This document shows positions 28,985-42,460 of a stretch of 64,000 nt of DNA, in pieces. The notes beneath the pieces were generated by a model that did not search any database, was not told the DNA's origin, and saw only the letters and a list, made by a program, of their open reading frames with translations. This DNA comes from Octopus vulgaris (Eukaryota), in the NCBI GenBank assembly GCA_951406725.2, contig OX597827.1:68448001-68512000 (forward strand), in the 5' to 3' direction. Position 1 is the first letter of the stretch, and every line of letters starts with the position of its first letter. The translations under genes were made by a program, and so were the position numbers.

Positions 28985-29335
28985 AGTGCCAAGGACTCAA
29001 AATTTGCCATCAAGATGTAGGACAAGATACTGTGATAGCCTGGGCTTCAGAGGCCCACATCTCTTCAATATCCTCCCGAAGAACCTGAGAGACCTGCATG
29101 GGGTGGATGCAGATGTCTTTAAAATAAAACTGGATCTCTTCCTGTCAGGGGTCCCAGATGAACCAACTTCACGGCAGGAGGTGCAGATGAGGGCAGCTGC
29201 ATCAAACTCTCTCATGCACCAGATGGCAATAGATAAAAAGTATTCGTGAAGTAAAATCATGTAGCAACATCAAATGGCGGTGCCCCAGCATGGCCACAGC
29301 TCGTGAGCTGAAACTAGATAAAATAAAATAAAAAA
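28985..29335 (+). mobile_element. CR1/L2-group LINE 3' end
   Basis: RTRYCDSLGFRGPHLFNILPKNLRDL...FKIKLDLFLSGVPDEP; 3' UTR GGCGGTGCCCCAGCATGGCC and (AAAAT)n tail. Confidence 0.8.
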
Positions 29336-29342
29336 TATATAT

Positions 29343-29720
29343 GTAGCTTGTTTACCAATCGCATGGTTCCGGGTTCAGTCTCACTGCGTGGCACCTTGGG
29401 CAAGTGTCTTCTACTATGACCTCGGGCCGACCAAAGCCTTGTGAGTGAATTTGGTAGAGGGGAACTGAAAAGAAGCCCGTCGTATATATGTATATATATA
29501 CATATTCGTGTGTGTGTTTGTGTGTCTGTGTTTGTCCCCCTAGCATTGCTTGACAACTGATGCTGGTGTGTTTATGTCCCCGTTACTTACCGGTTCGGCA
29601 AAAGAGACCGATAGCATAAGTACTGGGCTTACAAAAGAATAAGTCCCAGGGTCGAGTTGCTCGATTAAAGGCGGTGCTCCAGCATGGCCGCAGTCAAATG
29701 ACTGAAAACAAGTAAAAGAG
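29343..29720 (+). mobile_element. SINE family A
   Basis: Matches 38146-38560. Confidence 0.9.
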
Positions 29721-29848
29721 TATATACATATGTAAGCTGTAGTGATTACAGCATTAGAGCCTTTTAGCTCTTATTTCTAGCAATGTAGGTGTTCTCTCAA
29801 GCTAACTTTGTGGCAAAAGTTTGAAATGTTTATTATAACCAGCCTTTT

Positions 29849-30190
29849 AGGCGGCGAGCTAGCAGAGCTGTTAACAGCGGCATTTCTTCTCTCTTTATCT
29901 TCTGGGTTCAAATTTCCCCGAAATCTTTTATCCTTTCGGAATCGATAACATAAGTATCACTCATACAATGGAGTTGATGTAAGTGACTTCCCTCACTCCT
30001 CAAAAATGGCTGGCCCTGTACCGAAATTTGAAAAAAATATTATAATTAGACTTAAAGTGGCGAGCTGGCAGAATCGTCAGCACGTCGGACGAAATGCTTT
30101 GCGGGTTCAAATTCTGCTGAGATCGATTTTGCCTTTCATCCTTTCGGGGTCGATAAAATAAGTACAGTCAGGTATCGGGGGCAATGTAAT
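29849..30190 (+). mobile_element. Two decayed SINE family B copies
   Basis: GGCGAGCT heads at 29849 and 30057, each followed by ATCCTTTCGG.TCGATAA. Confidence 0.7.
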
Positions 30191-31319
30191 TATCATTATA
30201 ATAAGGCTCTTCGAATTTGGGGCTTTACAAAAGATACAACACCAAACTCTTTAAAATCCCCTAATGTAAAAAAAATAGGTAAAACAAACTAATTTTCTGA
30301 TACAATCAGGTGTACTCTATTAAGTTAGGAACACGTATTTAGTAGCATCCGGAAATCCTTAAACTTAACGTGAAATTCAGGGAAACAGATTTTTGAAATT
30401 TTAGTATTTACGCGCGCGTGTGTGTGTGTGTAAGAGAGAGAGAGAAGAAGAGAGAATAAATGATGCGACAGAGCTTTCTAACCTAACGCATGTGTGTATT
30501 GTCTATGTATCCGTGTGTGTATGTGTGTTTATATATATATATGTGTGTGTGTTTGTGTGTGTATGTGTGTGTGTATGCACACACAGACACATACACTCCA
30601 AAAAATATATATATACATATACATACAAATATATATATATATTCATATATAGATACACAGACACCAACACACCATAAAGACTAGAAAAAAAAAACAAACT
30701 AAGAAACCGACAATAAAAAAAGAGCCAAGTCTGTAGTATACTGAAACATAAAAAAAAGTCACAAATAACACGATGATGAGTCAAAATACTATCTTTGTAT
30801 CTCAGTAATCTTTCTATCTATCGCTCATTCTCTCTATCTTTCTATTCTTCAAATACACACACACACACGCGCACACATGTATAGGTACATGCATATAACA
30901 TATACGTATATATATATATATATATATATGTTTGTATGTATGTATTATGTTTTTATGTATATGTACATATTCTAAATAGATATAAAAGCATGGAATTTGT
31001 TCAAGAAAAATATTCCTATCTGTTGGTAAGATCGTGGCAATTTTACAAATCAGATACAATGAAAAAAATTTCGCCATTTTTCCCATATCCAGATCTGTTG
31101 AGGTTTTCTGCTGAATGTCGTAAATATTTCTCTCTGATAGTGATTATTAAGAAACAAATATGAAAAAGGCAAAATAACGAAAGCAAAACTTAGAATATGC
31201 GTAGTATAGAAAATGTATGTATCCTTTATAGGCTAAAATACCCGTCATCGTATGTATATATATATATGAGTGTGGATATACATATATATATATATATATA
31301 TATCCTTAAATCCTTAAGA

Positions 31320-31648
31320 ATGTTTCAGCCCGAAAGCTTCGGCCATGCTGGGGCACCACCGTTGAATGAGCTACACGAGTATGCGAAACCACCTCTGATA
31401 CGTGGCACTTGTTTAAAAAGGGAGTTCGATGCCGCTGCCCGCATCTGTGTTTCCTGCCGAGAGGTAGGTTCATCTGGAACCCCTGACAAGAAGAGATCCA
31501 GTTTAGTTTTAAGGAAACCCACATCCACACTATGCAGGTCTCTCAGGCATTTAGGAAGGATATTGAAGAGCTGTGGTCCCCTGAAACCCAAACTGTTGCA
31601 GTATCTGGTCCTGTATTTTGATGATGATGTTGGGATCTTTGGCATGGT
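31320..31648 (-). mobile_element. CR1/L2-group LINE 3' end, same lineage as 28985-29335
   Basis: RTRYCNSLGFRGPQLFNILPKCLRDL...KTKLDLFLSGVPDEP and the shared tail. Confidence 0.8.
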
Positions 31649-32577
31649 GATGTTGGGATATACATATTAAAAAGCAACGTAAAAACACATAACGAAGGAT
31701 ATATCATAAACAATCAAAAATTTTTTTATGAATCTGTCAATGGCCAAACATGTAATAATAAATTACGTAAAGGAAGAGTGTTTATAATTATGAATAAATC
31801 ACAGTTATAACGGAGAGGGTTGCAAAAACCTTTACGTGTTTAGAAATAGCAGTCAAAAACCACTATAAAGCCACTATTTTCACTCATATTTTATCTCCTC
31901 CCCATAAAGCTGTCTGTGAGCGACATGACATCAAAAACCACAATTTAAAAATAAAAGGTTAATTCTCTATTGCAATTTCGAAGTTAGGAACCTATTATAG
32001 CATATTATAAACTAATTCGTAAAATAAAGGAAATAAACAATATAACAGTTCCAATCTCACCAGGAGGATATTCTATAGATACAAATTGATACAAAATCAC
32101 ACCTTGGGGTTTACACAGATCCCAACAGGTAAGAATATTATTATATGCTTGGCCATGATATATAAGTATGGAGGGTGCTAGAAATAAGGGCCAAAACAAC
32201 TCTTAGCCACACGAGAGCACTTTTCTAACGACTGACAAGGGAGATAAGCTCCCTACGGCAAGCGAGATGGAGTCATATCTGCGCTGATTTCAGATTTGAT
32301 TAATCTTGATCAGTGACCCATTACTCCGTCGCCAAGGGTTAAAGAACTTAACTCATCCTGTCAGTCATATAGACAACACGTAGGAAACATTGACTGATTC
32401 CGAATTGTGTTTCTGTGTTTCTGTGTTCCGAATTGTCTTTGTTTCTGTGTTTGTCCCCGCCACCGCTTGACAACATGGGTTGGTTTGTTTACGCTCCTGT
32501 TACTTAGCAATTCTGCAAAAACGACCGTTGAAATAAATGTACTGGATTCGTTCGACTAATATTCTTCGGAGCAGTAC

Positions 32578-32955
32578 GGCGGCGAGCTGGCAGACACGTT
32601 AGCGGTATTTCGTCTGTCGTTACGTTCTGAGTTCAAATTCCGCCGAGGTCGACTTTGCCTTTCATCCTTTCGGGGTCGATAAATTAAGTACCACTTACGC
32701 ACTGGGGTCGATGTAATCGACTTAATCCCTTTGTCTGTCCTTGTTTGTCCCCTCTGTGTTTAGCCCCTTGTGGGTAGTAAAGAAATAGGTATTTCGTCTG
32801 TCGTTACGTTCTGAGTTCAAATTCCGCCGAGGTCGACATTTCCTTTCATCCTTTCGGGGTTGATTCCGCACTGGGGTCGATGTAATCGACTTAATCCCTT
32901 TGTCTGTCCTTCTTTACCCCCTCTATGTTTAGCTCCTTGTGGGCAATAAAGAAAT
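32578..32955 (+). mobile_element. SINE family B with duplicated 3' portion
   Basis: Second unit restarts at GTATTTCGTCTG directly after AAAGAAATAG. Confidence 0.9.
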
Positions 32956-33496
32956 ATATTCTTCGGAGCAGTAGTCGAATATCTAAAACAGGTAAATGAT
33001 AAAAGACGTCACATGTGGAAGAACCTTTGCTGCAGGTTCTACAAACAAGTGGAGATAATATTGCGACTCACTATCTACAGCTGTAGGAAGAAGCACATCA
33101 TGATACAGACTTTAAGTCCGCAAAACCGGGGCCTGATAAAAACGCTAAAAACAAATGAAACTCTGGTGAAGACATTCTTGAACCCTGTGCTTGTAGAGGT
33201 GTTAAAAGGGGTGGGTGATAAAATCTACCATCCGAATATTGAGGCGATAGATTGGAAGATCATTAGGGCGTTGGATAAATAAATACCTTGCGACTATTAT
33301 TCCGGCATTTTGCGTATCTCCATTAAAATTAATTTATGGCTGATTGAAATGTTTTGAAAGTTCTCTACCTTAAAGAATAAATTACTACTTATGATTTCTT
33401 ATTAGGGCTGTAATTCCAAAGAATTAATGTCGGCTCATTATCTCAATACAACCGCTCGCATTTTCGCACTTTCTCCCCCGTCTTTCTCTCATTGTT

Positions 33497-33533
<37 letters not shown>

Positions 33534-33534
33534 G

Positions 33535-33584
<50 letters not shown>

Positions 33585-33603
33585 CATAGATAGATAGATA
33601 GAA

Positions 33604-33835
33604 AGGCGGCGAGCTGGCAGAATCGTTAGCACCCCGGGCAAAATGCTTAGCGGTATTTCGTCTGCCGCTACGTTCTGAGTTCAAATTCCACCGAGGTCGA
33701 CTTTGCCTTTCATCCTTTCGGGGTCGATTAAATAAGTACCTGTTACGTACTGGGGTCGAGGTAATCGACTTAAACCGTTTGTGTGTCCTGGTTTGTCCCC
33801 TCTATGTGTAACCCCTTGTGGGTAGTAAAGAAATA
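33604..33835 (+). mobile_element. SINE family B, full length, in a (GATA)n tract
   Basis: Head, B box, Meta-like block and tail. Confidence 0.9.
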
Positions 33836-33932
33836 AGATAGATATATAGACATAGAGAGAGAGAGGTACATAGATAAATAGAGAGAGAGAAAGAGGCGTA
33901 GATAGATAGATTGATAGATAGATAGATAGATA

Positions 33933-35062
33933 TGTTTCTTTATTAGCCACACCGGGCTGCACACAGATAGAACAAATTACAAGGTAGAGCTTTTCTTTTG
34001 AAGGGTTAGGAAAAAAAAGAAAAAGAAGGGGGGAGTTTCGATCAAAAGGGATCGTAAAAGGAGAGAAAGAGGACAAAAAAAAGGGGGTTTAAAAAAAAGG
34101 GGGGAGGAAAAAAATTGATCAATAGGGATCGTTATCACAGAAATGTCAATATGAAGTGTAAAGGGGAGGACAGGTGAGGTTTACCCGTGGAAAGAAAAGC
34201 CTACGGAAAAGACCACGGTAACCTCGGTCAATGAAGTCACATTTTATATTTCTTTTTTTTTTTTTTTTTGCAAATAAGCAACTCTCTGTTTTCGATTTCT
34301 GGGTTCATAGGACTATGCTCAAGGTGGCTTCGTCATTCATACGTGCCATTCTTGCTACATTCACCCATCTTTTTTTAAAACATTCGCTAGACAAAACTTG
34401 CCTCTCTACTCTCACTTTCCTTTTCAAGTGGTACTTGAAGAAGTTGATGAGAGATTGACCAGAGAGGAAAGTGTTTGTCTCCAATCCTTTCAGACGCGTC
34501 CACCAGATACATTCTTTCGCCATAGCCACAAGGATGATGAAAATAGCTCTTCCTTCCCGTTTGAAGGAAGGAGGCGTGACAATATTGACGATAGACTCAG
34601 CTGATAAACCGACTCGTCCCACACGTGACAGCAGTTGTTCGACACAAGCCCACAGGTCGGAAATTGTTGGACACTGAACGAGTGCGTGCAGAACGGTTTC
34701 GTCGCTCTGACCGCATCTCGGGCAGGTCGGCCCCGTGTTTCTCGAGCCGTGTCTGTAGAGCTTATCCCGAACGGGTAGCGCTTCTCGGTAGCACTGCCAG
34801 GCCAGGGATCTCTGGAAGTTGTCCATGGGCCCTGGCCCGAAAGTCGTCCTGAACAGGCGGGTCAGGTACTCCTCGTCGACGTCCAGGTTCGCCCCGAGCT
34901 CGTCGTCGTACCTCCCCTCCACTAAACCCCTATAGAATGCTTTGGTTGTGTTGAAGTCACTTAAGGTCGACCCAGGACGGCAGAGTTGCTTGAGAGCAAC
35001 GCGACACTCGCGGTGCCATTCGCCCTTCCTCGGCCTCTTTTTGATCCACGACTGCAGTTCGA
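33933..35062 (-). mobile_element. Tx1/L1-clade LINE, ORF2 C-terminus (zf-RVT-like) and 3' UTR, in (GATA)n
   Basis: ORF 34305-34922: WQCYREALPVRDKL...TCPRCGQSDETVLHALVQCP...AKECIWWTR; GATA repeats at both junctions. Confidence 0.85.
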
Positions 35063-35274
35063 GATAGATAGATAGATTGATAGATAGATATACAGATAGA
35101 TAGGTAAATAGATAGATAGACAGGTGGAATAATTATAATTCTTTCTGCCCCCTCATTAGACCATCATGCTGGGTTAGCTATCATAGTATTCCAAAATAAA
35201 AAGGTGATCCGTAAGGTTTCGATAGATAAATCACAACTCAAAAGTAAGATCCAGTAGGCTTATATATATATATA

Positions 35275-35311
<37 letters not shown>

Positions 35312-35332
35312 ATGTCAAATGAGCACGCGTGC

Positions 35333-35378
<46 letters not shown>

Positions 35379-35384
35379 GCGTGC

Positions 35385-35430
<46 letters not shown>

Positions 35431-35509
35431 AGAGTAGAAATTGATATTAATCAATTACAACCAGTGGCCTAGCATATTTTGAAAAACTCCGAAGATAAAA
35501 ATTTTTTAC

Positions 35510-35746
35510 ATACAAAATTTAGAGGACTGACCAATAAAAGTGGACAGCCTATATGCTAGATATAGATATGCTAGATATGTGTTCTCAAGAAAAACTCGGC
35601 AAAAAACCAAAGTGCTTATTTTTACATTTTGTTCTTTTTGCTGAGTTTTTCTTGAGAACACATTCTTTGTGGAAAATGGTGATGTGACGTCTATATCTAG
35701 CATATAGGCTGTCCACTTTTAGTGGTCAGTTCTCTAAATTTTGTAT
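35510..35746. repeat. Nested imperfect inverted repeat in (TA)n
   Basis: Outer arms 35510-35566 / 35690-35746; inner arms 35577-35605 / 35635-35663. Confidence 0.85.
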
Positions 35747-35772
35747 ATATACATATAGAGAGAGAGATACAC

Positions 35773-35862
<90 letters not shown>

Positions 35863-35864
<2 letters not shown>

Positions 35865-36210
35865 GGTAAGGGTAAAGACCCCCTTCGGTCATGAGTGACC
35901 ATGGGTTTGCACCTAGAGAGTTACCCTCTGAGGCACAAGTCTGGGCAATGTTGTTTTTATGGAAGACCAGTAGTCGCCCATGCATACCGGCCTTCCCTCT
36001 CCACGCCACCAGTGTTATCCAAGGGAAAGACAAAGGTCGATACAGCTTGGCACCAGTGACGTCGCAACTCATTTCTACAGCTGAGTGAACTGGAGCAATA
36101 TGAAATAAAGTGTCTTGCTCAAGAACACAACATGCAGCCCGGTCCGGGATTCGAGCTCACAACCTCACGATCGTAAGCTCGACGCTCTAACCACTGAGCC
36201 ATGCGCCTTC
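35863..36210 (-). mobile_element. SINE family C, full length, in (TA)n
   Basis: Head GGCGCATGGCTCAGTGGTTAGAGCG; tail (TTTACCC)n. Confidence 0.9.
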
Positions 36211-36606
36211 ATAAATATATATATATATATATATATATACTGGGACTCATACCAGAATCCTTTTAGGTGATGGCCATAAAGGTAAACGGCCCGCTGACAG
36301 CAATCACGGACAATTTTAATGCTAAATAATAATAACTTTTGGAATGAAGCAAAATTTTATAAACAAACTTTGGAAAGTTTCGAATGTGTTTGATATTTTA
36401 CAGATAAGAAAGTTTCGAATGCAGTATAGTCGTCAAAAAAGCAGAAACACGGGACATTTTGCCTTTATAGGACGGTAAAAAGTTGGCAGCAGACGGGTAC
36501 GGCATACATGTAAACCCCCGCTCCACACACACACCAATACGCAGACACACACACATATATACTATATTGGTCAGCGATCATATCTTGTATGATAAGGTAT
36601 ATACAA

Positions 36607-36656
<50 letters not shown>

Positions 36657-36799
36657 AAGACATACAGACGCGCAGCGTCATACATGCACATACATACACA
36701 CATGCTGTGCAACTTTCTAAATAATTTGCAGACTGATATCGTATATTCATATATGCATATATAATATACTTATATCTTTATATATATATGTATATGTGT

Positions 36800-36854
<55 letters not shown>

Positions 36855-36964
36855 TTAAAATTTCTAAGTCTCTCAAATAGCTAACTTAAGGCGATGGCCT
36901 CATGGAGCTAATAAGCGGACAGCTTTATTCTTATTTTTATAAGAATGCCATATTAGTATGGCGA

Positions 36965-37012
<48 letters not shown>

Positions 37013-37167
37013 CATGTGTTTATATATATATATATCTGTATATATATATGTATAAAGATAGATATATACAAATACATATATATATATACATATATACATA
37101 TATAAATATACATATATATATATATAGATATATATATTATGTATATATACAAGATTAGTTTGCAAAT

Positions 37168-37218
<51 letters not shown>

Positions 37219-37809
37219 ATGTATGAGGCTGCGCGTCAGTATATCTCTGCATTTGTACGCGTGCGTAGATGTAGGGATGACCGTTTCATTAAGTATTTCG
37301 CTCTGCAATCTCGTGATCGGGTATTTGGTTATGGTATTAAATCACTTCCCAGAGAGCCATTTGGAAGATGTCTCTTTGAAAAAGTATATGTTTCGACATA
37401 GCAAAACTTTATAAATATTTATAAAGAAACTGTGCTCTTTGAACGGAATTCTTCAAGCTAACGAAGTCCCTTGCACTTATTTACGGAACTATCTTCTGTT
37501 CTGTTCTGTCATTCACGCTTCCAGAAAGGAAAGCGACCCACTGAACACTCCGTTCGAAAGCCATGTCCAACGATGCTCTTGTTCACCAATTATGGCATAA
37601 ACTCAGACAAATTACATCAATGATATACTTTCACACCCCACGTCTATACACAGAATCAGTCTGGCAAAAGAAACAATGGGATGAATAGCAGACTCTTTTA
37701 ATAAAAATTGCACTGGGTTCGATTTGTTACTTTAAACCCGTAAAGACGGTGCCCCACCGAGCTTGGAAGCCCAATGACTGAAACAAATAAAAATATAATA
37801 AAAGATACC

Positions 37810-38040
37810 TATTTCTTTACTACCCACAAGGGGCTAAACACAGAGAGGACAAGCAAGGGCAGACAAACGGATTAAGTCGATTACATCGACCCCAGTGCGT
37901 AACTGGTACATATTTAATCGACCCCGAAAGGATGGAAGGCAAAGTCGACCTCGGCGGAATTTGAACTCAGAACGTAGCGGCAGACGAAATACTGCTAAAC
38001 ATTTCTCCCGGAGTGCTAACGTTTCTGCCAGCTCGCCGCC
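37810..38040 (-). mobile_element. SINE family B, full length
   Basis: Reverse complement of 33604-33835. Confidence 0.9.
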
Positions 38041-38145
38041 TTAAATATAATAAAAGATACCAGCAGGGGAAAATGAAACTGAACGAGTTAAGGATGTTAT
38101 CGGGAAACTAAGGACATATTTTTTCAGTAAGAACCATACTCATAT

Positions 38146-38560
38146 AGGCGCAGGAGTGGCTGTGTAGTAAGTAGCTTGTTTACCACCACATGGTTCCGGG
38201 TTCAGTCCCACTGCGTGGCACCTTGGGCAAGTGTCTTCTGCTATAGCCTCGGGCCGACCAAAGCCTTGTGAGTGGATTTGGTAGACGGAAACTGAAAGAA
38301 GCCTGTCGTATATATGTATATATATATATATATATGCGTGTGTGTGTGTGTGTCTGTGATTGTCTCCCTAGCATTGCTTGACAGCCGATGCTGGTGTGTT
38401 TATGTCCCCGTTTCTTAGCGGTTCGGCAAAAGAGACCGATAGAATAAGTACTGGGCTTACAAAAGAATAAGTCCCGGGGTCGAGTTGCTCGATTTAAGGC
38501 GGTGCTCCAGCATGGCCGCAGTCAAATGACTGAAACAAGTAAAAGAGTAAAGAGTAAAGA
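38146..38560 (+). mobile_element. SINE family A, full length
   Basis: tRNA-like head, CORE-like block, internal microsatellite, LINE-like tail, (AAAGAGT)n. Confidence 0.9.
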
Positions 38561-39622
38561 GAGTATCTAACGACTTTTATAAATGAAATTTATAAACAAT
38601 ATATAAATTTTATGATATATATTTTATAAATTGATAATTGGGGTCTGTGGTGGTTGATTTTTATACTTGAATGTAACTCAGGATAAATATATTTAATTCT
38701 TTGTTTGTGTATATGTAGTATATAAATATTATATAAATATCACAGAAATAATTAGAGTTCTTAATGGTATATAAATTATATTATATTTGAGTATAAAGTA
38801 ATTAATATAAATTTATTTTGTAACTATGGTTTATAAATTATATTTGTGATTTGTAATAATTTATATTTAAATTAATCTTTGTTATTGGAATATAATATTT
38901 TAGGATATTGAGTTATACAAGTTGTGTATTATATCTGCTACAAAGTTTTGAAATGTATTACAGAAGCCTTTTCTAGTTGTTTGCGTGAGTCAAAAAATAT
39001 TTATTGGCAGTAGTGAATATTGTTGCTCCGATAAAGAAATCTTCATTTGCATCTATCACTGTGCATCTGCACAAACGATCAGAGCGAGTTGACGCAACGT
39101 CAGCAGATGTTAAAACTATTCCAAAGAATTTTTGCAACGAATTGCAAATTTTTTGTTTCCGATTGTGCCTGATGGGAGAACAAGGTTTTCAAGTTGCAAT
39201 GTTTGCACGAAAAATGACCTTGAATTTTCAAACATTTTGAAGAGTTTATTCAATTAATGCCTACAAAAGACACGGTGTCTTGAGTAGACATTTTGGGGGT
39301 CTTGTTGAAATCATGTCAGAATAAAATAAAATATGATACGTTGGAACAAATTGGCATCGCAATTGCTGTGCACCAGTAATGGTAGGGCATGGAAGAAAAA
39401 AATGGAATCGTTACATTGCTGCAACTAATGATAAGCCTTGAACTCGCATAGAAAACTGTTCAACTACATGACATGAAAAGGTTTTATATACCAAGTTTTT
39501 AAACATAAAGAATGTAATGAATTGTTGTGTAGACAACGAATTCAATTCTTTTTTCCTGGATTAAATCACCGACCAAAGCCTTGTGAGTGGATTTGATAGA
39601 CAGAAACTTAAAGAAGCCCGTC

Positions 39623-39657
<35 letters not shown>

Positions 39658-39661
<4 letters not shown>

Positions 39662-39775
39662 CGTGATCACCGTGACCGACCAGGCTATCAGATGTTGCTA
39701 CACATCGCTGGTCACAATGCGAAGCGCATTGTTTTAGCCTTCAAATGACGCCACCCCGCTGGCTAAGCGAGCAGG

Positions 39776-39779
<4 letters not shown>
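39658..39779. repeat. ~120-bp structured interspersed repeat in (TA)n; second copy at 51942-52058
   Basis: GACCAG..CTGGTC, ACAATGC..GCATTGT and TTAGCC..GGCTAA stems in both copies. Confidence 0.8.
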
Positions 39780-39853
<74 letters not shown>

Positions 39854-40188
39854 TGTATGTATGTATGTATGTGTGTATGTATGTATGTATGTGTGTGTTT
39901 GTGTGTCTGTGCTTTTTCTTCCAATATAGCTTGACAACCGATGCTGGTGTGTTTACGTCCCCGTAACTTAGCGGTTCGGCAAAAAGAACCGATAGAATAA
40001 ATACTAAAGGTGGTGCTCCAGCATGGCCGCAGTCAAATGACTGAAACAAGTAAAAGAATAAAAGAATAAAAGAATTTCTAGGTGCAATCCCACGGTCATT
40101 CATGACCGAAGTGGGGTCTTTACCCTTTACCCTCTTAGCTTTAAAACTGTGATATTAAGAGCACCAGCTATGAAACCGTGGTTGTAAA

Positions 40189-40600
40189 GGCGGTGAGCTG
40201 CAAAATCGTTAGCAGCCGGGCGAAATGCTTAGCGGTATTTCGTCTGCTGTTACATTCAGGAGTTCAAATTCCGTCGAGGTCGACTTTGCCTTTCATCCTT
40301 TCTGGGTCGATTAAATAAGTACCAGTTACGCACTGGGGTCGATGTAATCGACTTAATCCGTTTGTCTGTCCTTGTTTGTCCCCTCTATGTTTAGCCCCTT
40401 GTGGGTAATAAAGAAATAGGTATTTCGTCTGCTGTTACATTCTGAGTTCAAATTCCGTCGAGGTCGACTTTGCCTTTCATCCTTTCGGGGTCGATTAAAT
40501 ATGTACCAGTTACGCACTGGGGTCGATGTAATCGACTTAATCCGTTTGTCTGTCCTTGTTTGTCCCCTCTGTGTTTAGCCCCTTTGTTGGTAGTAAATAA
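40189..40600 (+). mobile_element. SINE family B with duplicated 3' portion
   Basis: Same AAAGAAATAG|GTATTTCGTCTG junction as at 32.8 kb. Confidence 0.9.
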
Positions 40601-40914
40601 TTAGGAATACCAGTTATAAAGCTGTGATTGTAAGGGCACCGGGTATAAAACTGTGACTGAAGAAGTACCACCTATAAAATGGGAATCACGAACGTTTTCC
40701 CACAGTTCAAAGAATCAAAGCATGTGACTCCAGGTATTATTGTGAATATGATACAAGGATAACCAAAATATTTTTCAACAAGTTTTACCGTTTAGTCGCA
40801 TGCATACAAGTAAACTGAAGCTGTTTACTTCCTTATTTAATATGGAAGTAGTCACTGCTTTCAAATATTATCAAATTGAGTTGTAGGTTGACGTCATATT
40901 GCGATCGGAATTTC

Positions 40915-41062
40915 ATTGTTTGGCTGTACTTATCTGTGAGAGCAATTATTTTCGAAAATTAAGAACTGCAAAAAACCGTTTGAGAACAAAATTTACTGAT
41001 GCTCAGCTAGATATCTTGTTAATGGCAACAACAAGTCTGGGTCCCATTATTGAAAAGTTTTA
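40915..41062 (+). pseudogene. hAT (Charlie/Buster-type) transposase C-terminal dimerisation remnant
   Basis: LFGCTYLCE / QLFSKI / RTAKNRLRTKFTDAQLDILLMATTSLGPIIEK across frameshifts. Confidence 0.65.
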
Positions 41063-41606
41063 AGCAAAGAACATTACCAAGTTGTGGAATGATTCATCTA
41101 TTACGTGCATTAAAATTAAATCATTTTCTTTTTTCTTTAAATTTAATTTACTCCCATTCAATTTATTATAACATTTATACTATTTTATGTTAGAAAGACT
41201 CTTTTGTATTTTCCGAATAGATTTCAAAGATTCCCTGATTAAAATATATTGATACTAAATTCGGTTCTTTGATTACTGAAAGACAATCTCAGCGAAATAA
41301 AAGTTATTTTCTAGCGTCTGTCATAAAAGGATTTCATGAAAAATATAACTACATACATAGTAATAGATAATTCCAATATTTGGTAATTTCGAAGAGGCAT
41401 TCGTGCAACCCGTGATTGAACCAAGCATTACTACGATATTCAGACATAGGTCAATGATGAATAATTTAGCATGATCAGTCATAAAGGTACCAGAATCAAT
41501 CACCCTATCAAAGTTATAGACATCAGTTTCATGTAGTAACATGAAACTTAAAGAATGTATAGTTAGGACCCCCACAGCCTCAAAAATATAAAAATAAAGA
41601 CATATA

Positions 41607-42017
41607 CTCTCTTTACTCTTTTACTTGTTTCAGTCATTTGACTGCGGCCATGCTGGAGCACCGTCTTTAGTCGAGCAGCTCGACCCCGGGACTTATTCTT
41701 TTTGTAAGCCCAGTACTTATTCTATCGGTCTCTTTTTGCCGTACCGCTAAGTGACGGGGACGTAAACACATCAGCATCGGTTGTCAAGCAATGCTAGGGG
41801 AACAAAGACAGACACACAAACACACACACATACATACATATATATACATATATACGACAGGCTTCTTTTCAGTTTCCGTCTACCAAATCCACTCACAAGG
41901 CATTGGTCGGCCCGGGGCTATAGCAGAAGACACTTACCCAAGATGCCACGCAGTGGGACTGAACCTGGAACCATGTGGTTGGTTAGCAAGCTACTTACCA
42001 CACAGCCACTCCTGCGG
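41607..42017 (-). mobile_element. SINE family A, full length
   Basis: Reverse complement of 38146-38560. Confidence 0.9.
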
Positions 42018-42037
42018 CCATATATATATATATATAT

Positions 42038-42080
<43 letters not shown>

Positions 42081-42129
42081 AGTATGTATTTATATGCTTA
42101 TGTGTGTGTGTATATAGATAGATAGATAT

Positions 42130-42216
<87 letters not shown>

Positions 42217-42225
42217 TAAATATTC

Positions 42226-42460
<235 letters not shown>

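Noticed and set aside
32060-32135. AG...CAG|GTAAGA possible 65-bp exon
   Set aside because: Weak acceptor and no protein similarity; expected by chance
33013-33282. 89-aa non-repetitive ORF
   Set aside because: No recognisable domain or clear exon boundaries
38146-38215. tRNA genes
   Set aside because: A/B boxes belong to SINE heads; no complete cloverleaf
39000-39480. Possible transposase remnant (LTSADV on minus strand)
   Set aside because: Too degraded to call without a search
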